Assembly (NCBI GenBank): GCA_039821605.1
Contig: JBCBNV010000005.1
Location: 280,849-344,848 of the forward strand
DNA from: Pseudomonadota bacterium
GTDB taxonomy: Bacteria; Pseudomonadota; Gammaproteobacteria; Steroidobacterales; Woeseiaceae
DNA length: 64,000 nucleotides
Reading direction: 5' to 3'
Position numbers and translations under genes: made by a program. Below, piece by piece: positions 1-6,926 of this stretch. How positions within the stretch are numbered: position 1 is the stretch's first letter; each line of letters begins with the position of its first letter. The notes beneath the pieces were generated by a model. The model saw only the letters and a list, made by a program, of their open reading frames with translations, was not told where the DNA came from and searched no databases.

Positions 1-1104
1 CATGGCAGTGACTTCATCAACGAGTACTTCGACCGCCGTGACCTGACCGGTCCATCGACGGCGCTTGACCGTCGCCTGCTGGCCACGCGAAGCGGCACGG
101 ACTACGCCGACCGCTTCGACGGTGACTACACGAACTGGGGCCTCGCGGTTGTCGGCGATTTCGTCTTCGACAACGGCTTCTCGGCACTGCTGGGCGTGCG
201 TTACGACGACATCGATGTCGAAAGCACCAGCGTTGACGCCGACCTCGGCATCTTTGGTGATGGCGACGCGGAAACGGTTACGGACAACGAGACGGGTACG
301 TCCTGGACGGCCAGCCTGTCGTGGGAATCGCCAGTCGGCATCATTCCCTACGTGACGTTCTCGGAGCAGTCCACAGTCATCGCCGGCCAGGGCGCCGAGA
401 TTCAGACGGGCGCCATTGCGGACAACGCTTGGTTTGACCAGTCGGAGCTGCAGGAATTCGGCATCAAGGGCAGCTTCCTCGATGACAGCCTGTACCTCGC
501 GCTCTCGGTCTACGAGCAGGAGCGTACGGACTTCAATGCGCAGGCGATCGTCACGAACCAGAGTAACCGTACCGAGGGCGCCGAGTTTGAAGCGCGCTGG
601 GTGGTCAACGAGAATCTGGTCCTGACCTTCGGCTACACCAACATCGAAGTCACGAACCTGAACACGGTCGAGAACGGCAGCCGCTTCAGCTTCTTCGGCG
701 CGGATGACCTGCCGCAGATCGACCCGACCACGCTGTACGGTGGCCAGGCGATCGGTATTGTCTTTGCTCCGGACGAAGCGGCCGCACGTCGCGCGGGCAT
801 GCCTGAGAACATCTACTCGTTCACGGGCACCTACGCGTTTGACAACGGTATCGCGATCAACGCGAGCATCGTCGACGTCGAGTCTGTAAAATCGGGCTTC
901 TCTCAGGCCGTCGAGCTGCCGGCTTACACGCTCGTCAACATGGGCGTGGTCTACGAGACGGAGAGCTGGACCTTCGCGGTCACGGGCAAGAACCTGACGG
1001 ACGAGCGCTACTTCCGCGCGAACTTCCCGAACCTGTTCGGCTCGCAGATCGTCCTGCCGGAGCTGCCGCGCAACTGGCAGGCCAGCCTCAAGTTCAACTT
1101 CTAA
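1..1104 (+). CDS. TonB-dependent outer-membrane receptor, C-terminal part (5' end outside window)
   Basis: The frame of listed ORF 196..1104 stays open back to nt 1 (HGSDFINEYFDRRDL...). It has an alternating beta-strand pattern and the canonical barrel terminus ...RNWQASLKFNF ending in Phe. A strong terminator follows. Confidence 0.85.
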   Translation, partial: HGSDFINEYFDRRDLTGPSTALDRRLLATRSGTDYADRFDGDYTNWGLAVVGDFVFDNGFSALLGVRYDDIDVESTSVDADLGIFGDGDAETVTDNETGTSWTASLSWESPVGIIPYVTFSEQSTVIAGQGAEIQTGAIADNAWFDQSELQEFGIKGSFLDDSLYLALSVYEQERTDFNAQAIVTNQSNRTEGAEFEARWVVNENLVLTFGYTNIEVTNLNTVENGSRFSFFGADDLPQIDPTTLYGGQAIGIVFAPDEAAARRAGMPENIYSFTGTYAFDNGIAINASIVDVESVKSGFSQAVELPAYTLVNMGVVYETESWTFAVTGKNLTDERYFRANFPNLFGSQIVLPELPRNWQASLKFNF

Positions 1105-1128
1105 GCGAAGGCGAGCTTGCAAGGACAA

Positions 1129-1161
1129 GGCCCGGGCAGTACTGCTGCCCGGGCCTTTTTT
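1129..1161 (+). terminator. Rho-independent terminator of the receptor gene
   Basis: 11-bp GC stem GGCCCGGGCAG (1129-1139) / CTGCCCGGGCC (1145-1155), 5-nt loop, then TTTTTT (1156-1161). It starts 25 nt after the stop codon. Confidence 0.8.
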
Positions 1162-1180
1162 ATTGTCTGACGGAGAGACC

Positions 1181-1342
1181 ATGTATTCGATTCGCCGCGC
1201 CGGACTTGGCGCACTGTCACTACTGGTCCTGGTCCTGGCGGGCTGCGCCGCCACCCCCGGGCCCGAACCTGTCACCCCCAAAGTCGTCATCGTCACGATG
1301 TTCGAACGCGGCGCCGATCACGGCGACGCGCCCGGCGAATGA
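1181..1342 (+). pseudogene. 5' stub (53 codons) of a purine nucleoside permease (NUP)-family lipoprotein gene
   Basis: ATG 1181 is preceded by GGAGAG and encodes MYSIRRAGLGALSLLVLVLAGCAATPGPEPVTPKVVIVTMFERGADHGDAPGE followed by TGA. It carries a signal peptide with lipobox LAGC and the same PKVVIVTMFERGAD.GDAPGE block that opens the intact NUP gene at 2449. Only 53 codons remain versus 354. Confidence 0.75.
1275..1340. repeat. 66-bp direct repeat, copy 1
   Basis: cccccaaagtcgtcatcgtcacgatgttcgaacgcggcgccgatc[a]cggcgacgcgcccggcgaat. It is identical to 2531-2596 except A1319 versus G2575, read directly from the sequence. Confidence 0.9.
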
Positions 1343-1417
1343 CTGCGCGTAAGCCGCGAACACGCACGACGGATCTCATAGACTGCGTAATCATCTACAA
1401 AGAGATCTGATCAAGCC

Positions 1418-1891
1418 ATGACAAAGAAGCGTGAGACGCGGTATGACAAATTGCTCGCGTGCGCCCGATTCGCAGAAGCCGCGTTCGACGTCGATACAGA
1501 CGATCAAACGCGACCTGTGGCCAAAGAAGTCTCGAATTTCCGCCGAGTTCTTGAGGACGTTGCCCCGAACATCCCCAAGTCGGCGATAGCTAAGGCCAGC
1601 GTAACGTCATTTTTTGAATTGATTTCAGGGCAGGAAGTTGTATTCCCAGCATGTAGAGAAAATGCGATTTGGCATGCGTCGAGAAAAAGCGTTGCGTTTT
1701 TCTTCGAGCGGTTTCCGGATTTCCTCGAGCAGCGCGAGCGCACTCTTGCAAACGTGATCCGTCGAAAACGCGTCATCAACGAATATGAGTTTCACCTCAT
1801 ACAAGATGCTATCTACAAGCTGGAAGCCATGGACGGCGACCAAAAGCTGCTAAAGCTCTTGTACCGCTTATCGGACAATGCAGAATTTTGA
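1418..1891 (+). CDS. Hypothetical protein, low-GC orphan
   Basis: A 157-codon ORF in a stretch visibly AT-richer (about 50% GC by eye) than its surroundings. There is no convincing Shine-Dalgarno (aagagatctgatcaagccATG), no TM segment or signal peptide, and no family recognised. Confidence 0.5.
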   Translation: MTKKRETRYDKLLACARFAEAAFDVDTDDQTRPVAKEVSNFRRVLEDVAPNIPKSAIAKASVTSFFELISGQEVVFPACRENAIWHASRKSVAFFFERFPDFLEQRERTLANVIRRKRVINEYEFHLIQDAIYKLEAMDGDQKLLKLLYRLSDNAEF

Positions 1892-1951
1892 AGTTGTACA
1901 CGGAAAAGGGCGACATGCTCGAATGGACAGACGCTCTGTTCGAGATCCATT

Positions 1952-1990
1952 AAGGACAAGGCCCGGGCAGTGCCGCTGCCCAGCCTTTTC
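1952..1990 (+). repeat. Degenerate second copy of the receptor terminator segment
   Basis: aaggacaaggcccgggcagt (1952-1971) is identical to 1121-1140. The remainder (gccgctgcccagccttttc) matches the terminator stem and T-run with about 4 substitutions and a 1-nt gap, so the hairpin is weakened. It lies about 60 nt after the stop of ORF 1418..1891. Confidence 0.7.
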
Positions 1991-2024
1991 TAACCCGAGC
2001 GTTTCTGGCGTGACACACAAACAC

Positions 2025-2442
2025 AAGAAGCCGAGGCGACTGCGAGCGGGCGACCGCATCGCGATGGTCTCACCGTCCTGGGGCGGCCCAAGCGTGTTTC
2101 CCGCGGTTTGCGAGCTTGGTCTCAAGGCGATCCGGGACGTACTCGGACTCGAACCCGTGGAGTTGCCGACAGCGCGGATGGACGCCGCATCGCTCGCCAA
2201 GAGCCCGCAGGCCCAGGCCCTGGGTAGTGACTACCGCGCACTACACGACGGCGCAGCAGCAAGAGCTAGCCGAAGTGGTCCGCCAGGTCGTGGTCGAGCA
2301 ATATGGTCGGACCGATGTTCCCATCGTCTTGCACGCCGATGTGCGACACACCGACCCTCAGTGGCTCGTGCCCTTCGGCATCGAAGCGGAGATCGCCTCG
2401 ACGGATCAACGCATCTCTCTGATTGACTCGATTTTCGGATAA
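2025..2442 (+). pseudogene. Internally deleted LD-carboxypeptidase / MccF-like (peptidase S66) gene remnant
   Basis: The N-terminal piece PRRLRAGDRIAMVSPSWGGPSVFPAVCELGLKAIRDVLGLEPVELP...SPQAQAL lies in the frame of ORF 1878..2426 (to about 2222). The C-terminal piece ...ELAEVVRQVVVEQYGRTDVPIVLHADVRHTDPQWLVPFGIEAEIASTDQRISL lies in the frame of ORF 2116..2442. About 130 of the 300+ expected residues remain. There is no start codon, a +1 frame change, and the central part with the catalytic Ser is absent. Confidence 0.6.
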
Positions 2443-2448
2443 CCACCA

Positions 2449-3513
2449 ATGACGCGACTGCTTTTCGGACTCTTCATCCTCATCGCAATGACCTCGGGTT
2501 GTACGACAGTCTCGAATCCCGCACCCGTGGCCCCCAAAGTCGTCATCGTCACGATGTTCGAACGCGGCGCCGATCGCGGCGACGCGCCCGGCGAATTCCA
2601 GCTCTGGAACGAACGCCGCAATCTCGATGCCGTGGTCTACCCCGCCGTCGCGCACCATGACCTGCACTACAACCCCGACTCGGGTCTGCTCGGCGTTGTC
2701 ACGGGCATCGGTACGGCGCGCGCCGCGGCCTCGATTATGGCGCTGGGCATGGACCCGCGCTTTGACGTGTCAGAGAGCTACTGGCTCATCGTCGGCATCT
2801 CGGGCTTCGATCCCGAGGACGCCTCCATCGGCTCTGCCGCCTGGGCAGAATGGCTCGTCGACGGCGACATCTCGCACGAGATCGACGCACGCGAGAAACC
2901 TGACGACTGGGAATGGGGCTACATCGCGCGCTACATCAAGACGCCGTTCGAAACCCCGCGACGCGATCCGCGCGGCGAGCTCTACCGGCTCAACCCGGCG
3001 CTCGTGGACTGGGCGTTCGAGCTGACCAAGGACACGCCGCTGCCCGACAACGATGAGTTGGCAGCGACACGCGCCCGCTACACAGAGCACCCCAATGCAC
3101 AACGCGCACCCTTCGTGCTGCGCGGCGACCACCTCGCCGCCTCCACGTTCTGGCACGGCGAGATCCTCAATGGCTGGGCCAATGCCTGGGTCGACTGGTG
3201 GACCGAAGGCGACGGCGAGTTTGTGTCCTCCGCCATGGAGGAGACGGGCACGATGCAGTCCATCACCTGGCTCGCGCAGACGGGGCGCGCCGATCCCAGG
3301 CGTGTGCTGTCGTTACGAACGGCCAGCAACTACGTGATGCCGCCGCCCGGCGTGACGGCCGCCGACAACCTGCTCGCAGAAAACGAAGGCTACAGCGGGC
3401 TCGAAATCGCGCTCGAATCGGCCTACCGCGTGGGCTCTGTGGTCGTCGATACGCTGCTGGCCGACTGGCAGCGCTACCGCGCTTGTGTGCCGGGCGACCC
3501 CTGCAACGACTAG
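2449..3513 (+). CDS. NUP-family (purine nucleoside permease, PF06516-like) secreted lipoprotein, copy 1
   Basis: 354 aa with a signal peptide and lipobox (IAMTSGC). Motifs are PKVVIVTMFERGADRGDAPGEFQLW, GVVTGIGTARAAASIMALGMDPRFD and SYWLIVGISGFDPEDASIGSAAWAEWLVDGDISHEID. There is no hydrophobic span after the signal peptide. The ATG lies 6 nt after the pseudogene stop. Confidence 0.85.
   Translation: MTRLLFGLFILIAMTSGCTTVSNPAPVAPKVVIVTMFERGADRGDAPGEFQLWNERRNLDAVVYPAVAHHDLHYNPDSGLLGVVTGIGTARAAASIMALGMDPRFDVSESYWLIVGISGFDPEDASIGSAAWAEWLVDGDISHEIDAREKPDDWEWGYIARYIKTPFETPRRDPRGELYRLNPALVDWAFELTKDTPLPDNDELAATRARYTEHPNAQRAPFVLRGDHLAASTFWHGEILNGWANAWVDWWTEGDGEFVSSAMEETGTMQSITWLAQTGRADPRRVLSLRTASNYVMPPPGVTAADNLLAENEGYSGLEIALESAYRVGSVVVDTLLADWQRYRACVPGDPCND
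2531..2596. repeat. 66-bp direct repeat, copy 2
   Basis: Second copy of the 1275-1340 repeat (65/66 identical), inside the 5' end of the intact NUP gene. Confidence 0.9.
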
Positions 3514-4812
3514 CTACAGGAACACGTACTTGGCGCCAAAAATGGCCGCAATGACGTACACGGCAGCCGGGCACTGCGCCGGACGCCCCGAAGCCACCTT
3601 GATGATGGCGTAGCTCAGAAAGCCGAGGCCGATGCCGTCGGCTATCGAAAATGTCAGCGGCATGGCCACGGCGGCCAGGACCGCCGGTGCACTCTCGGTG
3701 ATGTCGCTCCAGTCGAGGTCGGCAAGGCTGCGCGCCATGAGGCAGGCCACAAACAGCAGCGCGGACGCCGTCGCATAGGCCGGCACACTCGCCGCGAGCG
3801 GCGCAAGGAACACGCAGGCCAGGAACAGCAGGCCAACGGTCACGGCCGTAAGGCCCGTGCGCCCGCCCGCCTCGACGCCGGCGGCGCTCTCGATGTAGCT
3901 CGTCGTCGAGGACGTCCCCGCGAGCGCGCCCACGACGGTCGCACCCGAGTCTGCAAACAGCGCGCCGCGCAGCCGGGGCAGCTTGCCCTCGGTGTCGAGC
4001 AGTTTGGCGCGAGTCGCCACACCCACAAGCGTGCCTGCTGTGTCGAAGACATCGACGATCAGAAACGACAGGATCACTGTGACCATCGACAGCGTCATGG
4101 CGCCGGCAATATCGAGCTGACCCAGCACGGGCAGCCAGGCGGGCGGCGCCGAGAACACGCCGCCGAACGCGACTTCGCCCGTGATCCAGCCCACGGCGGC
4201 GGCAACGAGGATGCCGATGACAACGGCACCACGAATGCCCCGTGCCGTGAGCGCCACGATGAGCCCGAAGCCCGCCAGCATCATGAGCGGCTCGAACTGC
4301 GTCAGCGCGCCAAGTGATGTGAGCGTGGCGGCATCGTCAACGACGATGCCCGCATTCTTGAGCGCGATGTAACCCAGGAACAGGCCGATACCCGCAGCAA
4401 TACCCAGCTTGAGATTGCGCGGAATCGAATTCACGAGCCACTCGCGAAACGGCACGATGCTCAGGAACACGAAGAACACGCCCGAGATAAACACGGCGCC
4501 CAGTGCCGTCTCCCAGGAGTGTCCGCCCGCAATGACCACCGAGAACGTGAAGAACGCGTTCTGGCCCATACCGGGCGCAAGCGCAATCGGGTAGTTGGCG
4601 AGCACCCCCATGGCGATCGAGCCTACGGCTGCCGCGACACAGGTCGCCACAAACACGGCACCGAAGTTCATACCGGCCTGCGACAGGATCGACGGGTTCA
4701 CGATCGTGATGTAGGCCATGGCCAGAAAGGTCGTAAGCCCGGCCGTGAGCTCAGTGCCGACTTTCGTATCGTGCGCGCTGAGATCGAACCAGCGCGCCAG
4801 TGCGGCGCGCAT
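3514..4812 (-). CDS. AzgA-type NCS2 adenine/guanine/hypoxanthine permease
   Basis: 432 aa with about 12 hydrophobic spans. FDLSAHDTKVGTELTAGLTTFLAMAYITIVNPSIL and APGMGQNAFFTF are typical of the AzgA group (E. coli AdeP/GhxP type). Its stop abuts the NUP1 stop with no spacer. Confidence 0.9.
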   Translation of the reverse strand: MRAALARWFDLSAHDTKVGTELTAGLTTFLAMAYITIVNPSILSQAGMNFGAVFVATCVAAAVGSIAMGVLANYPIALAPGMGQNAFFTFSVVIAGGHSWETALGAVFISGVFFVFLSIVPFREWLVNSIPRNLKLGIAAGIGLFLGYIALKNAGIVVDDAATLTSLGALTQFEPLMMLAGFGLIVALTARGIRGAVVIGILVAAAVGWITGEVAFGGVFSAPPAWLPVLGQLDIAGAMTLSMVTVILSFLIVDVFDTAGTLVGVATRAKLLDTEGKLPRLRGALFADSGATVVGALAGTSSTTSYIESAAGVEAGGRTGLTAVTVGLLFLACVFLAPLAASVPAYATASALLFVACLMARSLADLDWSDITESAPAVLAAVAMPLTFSIADGIGLGFLSYAIIKVASGRPAQCPAAVYVIAAIFGAKYVFL

Positions 4813-5954
4813 CAGTCGCCGGCCTCTTCGGACACGCTCGGCAAGCTATCGCGGTAGGTGTCCCAATCCGCGACAAGCGCCTGCACGACGGCGTTGCCGA
4901 CGAGGAACGCGGCCTCAATCGCCGGCAGACCGTTGTCGGGGTACGGTGCGGTTTTGCTCCAAACCGCCGTTTTCCCCTCAGGCGGCATCGTGAAATTGCT
5001 GGCCGTACGCAGTACGAGCACGCGGTCCGCATCGACCTTGCCCGCACGGTCGAGCCGGTGCAGCGCCGTCAGCGTGCCGCTGTCCTCCATGTTCGACGTC
5101 ATGAAGTTGGCATCGGCGCCCGCGTACAGGCGCACCCAGTCATTGGCCCAGCCGTTGAGCAGCGCGCCGTGCCAGTACGTGCTCGCCGACAGGGTGTCGC
5201 CGATGGTCACAAACGGCGGGCGCTGCGCGTTGGGGTAGCCCGCGTAGAGCTTGCGAAACTCCGAGATGCCGGGCGCATCGGCCAGCGGCACGTCCTTGCT
5301 CACCGCGTAGGCCCATTCGACGAGACCCGGGTTGAGCGTGAACTTGATGGTGTCGAGCGACCACGACCCCGACAGGTCGACAGGGTCCTGGGTGGGCTCC
5401 TTGGCGCCCAGCGGAATCAGGCCGTAGGGCCACGCGTCCGGAATCTCGCGACCGTCGATCTCGTAGAGCAGATCGCCATCGACGACGTGCCGCGCCCAGG
5501 CCGCCGAGCCCAGAGACAAGTCGACGGGATCGCCACCCGCGATGCCAGCAATGACCCAGTAGGCGTTCGACAGATCGAAGCGCGCGTCGGTACCCAGCGC
5601 CATGATCGAGGCCGTGGCGTTGGGAATGCCGCCGCCCGTAAGCAACGCAAGCACGCCATCGTCATTGCCGTGCAGCGGGACTTCGCCCATGGCAAACGGG
5701 TACACGGTGTCGAGCGCCAGACGCTCAAGCCAGAGCTGCAGCTCGCCGGGCGAGTCGCCTGTGATCTCGCCACGCTCGAACATGGCAACGACCACCACCT
5801 TGATGGGTATCGCGGCATCCGTCGTCGCGCGCTCGGTCGTCGATGCTGAAGTTTCCGACGCGTCGTGCGACGCGTGGCAACCCGCCAGCAGCACGGCCGC
5901 CAGCAGTAGGCTTGGAATGTGTTTCATTGCGTTGTGGCCCTGTGTCGTTGGCAT
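4812..5954 (-). CDS. NUP-family secreted lipoprotein, copy 2
   Basis: Paralog of 2449..3513 (KVVVVAMFERGEITGDSPGELQLW, LLTGGGIPNATASIMALGTDARFDLSNAYWVIAGIAGGDP, SLGSAAWARHVVDGDLLYEID) with lipobox LLAGC. ATG 5954 has GGGGGGG 8 nt upstream; GTG 5957 and ATG 5927 are alternatives. The stop TGA shares its A with the permease ATG (TGATG, 4810-4814). Confidence 0.85.
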   Translation of the reverse strand: MPTTQGHNAMKHIPSLLLAAVLLAGCHASHDASETSASTTERATTDAAIPIKVVVVAMFERGEITGDSPGELQLWLERLALDTVYPFAMGEVPLHGNDDGVLALLTGGGIPNATASIMALGTDARFDLSNAYWVIAGIAGGDPVDLSLGSAAWARHVVDGDLLYEIDGREIPDAWPYGLIPLGAKEPTQDPVDLSGSWSLDTIKFTLNPGLVEWAYAVSKDVPLADAPGISEFRKLYAGYPNAQRPPFVTIGDTLSASTYWHGALLNGWANDWVRLYAGADANFMTSNMEDSGTLTALHRLDRAGKVDADRVLVLRTASNFTMPPEGKTAVWSKTAPYPDNGLPAIEAAFLVGNAVVQALVADWDTYRDSLPSVSEEAGD

Positions 5955-5986
5955 CACGGCCGCCCCCCCGCTTCGATGGTGCGGCG

Positions 5987-6013
5987 CGCGCGCAGCCGTT
6001 GCAACTGCGCGCG
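5987..6013. repeat. GC-rich inverted repeat in the NUP2 upstream region
   Basis: CGCGCGCAG (5987-5995) / CTGCGCGCG (6005-6013): 9-bp perfect arms with a 9-nt spacer ccgttgcaa. It lies between the upstream terminator and the NUP2 start. Confidence 0.7.
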
Positions 6014-6023
6014 AGACACGGGC

Positions 6024-6049
6024 AAAAAAAACCCCGGCCGAAGCCGGGG
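6024..6049 (-). terminator. Rho-independent terminator of the secreted repeat-protein gene
   Basis: The minus strand reads CCCCGGC ttcg GCCGGGG followed by TTTTTTTT (plus-strand A-run 6024-6031), about 75 nt downstream of the stop at 6122. It is preceded by a second 8-bp inverted repeat, GGTACCGG (6059-6066) / CCGGTACC (6087-6094). Confidence 0.75.
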
Positions 6050-6121
6050 CGAATGTGAGGTACCGGTAGCGATCAGGAGAAAACGGCCGGTACCTCGAGG
6101 GGGGAAGGGTTCTACGTCGGC

Positions 6122-6790
6122 TCAGTCGTCGCCGTCCTTGCGTTCGACTTCCTGCGTACGCGTGATCTCGGTGCCGTCGGCGCGCGTCTGCGTCGATGTG
6201 CGCGTGGCGCCCGTGTCCGTGCGCTGCGCGGTCACGTCGACCGACTGCTCACGGCCGTCGGGGGTCGTGCGGTTGCTCGCACGCGTGTAGGTCTGCGTGT
6301 CGGGATCCCACTGCGCGTTGTCGTTGCGCGTCCACTCGCCGCCGTCGGGGCCCGTGGTGACGCGGTCGCGGGTGACGCCCGTTTCAGAGTCGTAGCTCAC
6401 GTCGGTGTTGCGGTTGGCCGTGCGACCGTCAGGCCCTGTCACCGTGCTATCTCGGTTGTAGCCGTTCTCGGTGCGCGACAGCGTCGAGTCCGACGTCGCC
6501 GAACGTCCGTTGGGGCCCGTGGCGCGACGTTCGGTGCGAACCGTCTGGTTGTCGCCGTCGACCGTGCGGCGCGCTTCGCGGGTCGCCGTGTTGCCGTTCC
6601 GGCCTGTGCGTGTGGTGCGACGCTCGGCCGTGTTGCCACTGCGCTTGCGCGTCGTCTTGCGGCTGGGACCGTCAGCCGATGCGTAGGCTTCAAAGCCCGG
6701 GATCGATGCCGCCCGCGTGTTGGGTGCGGCCGCGGCGCAGATCAGAATCAAGGCGCCGGTGGCGGCCAGAAGGAATCTGGACTTGTGCAT
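6122..6790 (-). CDS. Secreted low-complexity Thr/Arg/Asp/Gly-rich repeat protein
   Basis: I moved the start to ATG 6790 (GGGAG 8 nt upstream) because the listed 290-aa ORF would overlap the upstream gene. The signal peptide is MHKSRFLLAATGALILICAAAAPNTRA. The mature part has recurring TGP(D/N)GR-like units (TGPNGRS, TGPDGRT, TGPDGGE, TTPDGRE, RADGTE). No family recognised. Confidence 0.7.
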   Translation of the reverse strand: MHKSRFLLAATGALILICAAAAPNTRAASIPGFEAYASADGPSRKTTRKRSGNTAERRTTRTGRNGNTATREARRTVDGDNQTVRTERRATGPNGRSATSDSTLSRTENGYNRDSTVTGPDGRTANRNTDVSYDSETGVTRDRVTTGPDGGEWTRNDNAQWDPDTQTYTRASNRTTPDGREQSVDVTAQRTDTGATRTSTQTRADGTEITRTQEVERKDGDD

Positions 6791-6926
6791 GGTGTTACTC
6801 CCTGTCGGTTGTTGCGTCATTCCCGTGGCGCATTGGCGCCGGTTACCTGGAATAACGCGCGCCAACCGAATCGGTTGACACACAGGGAGCAATTTCACAT
6901 AAGACGGGATGCCTCGAGCGCGGGGA

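Noticed and set aside
1343-2448. Insertion sequence, integron cassette or other mobile element in the scar
   Set aside because: I see no transposase, integrase or recombinase ORF in any frame. I see no terminal inverted repeats and no attC-like R''/R' cores. Only a direct repeat and decayed genes are visible, so I describe it as a scar rather than a mobile element.
5958-6023. Purine riboswitch or PurR box upstream of the NUP2-permease operon
   Set aside because: The three-way-junction pattern of a purine riboswitch is not evident. The inverted repeat present is GC-only and does not resemble the ACGCAAACGTTTGCGT-type PurR box.
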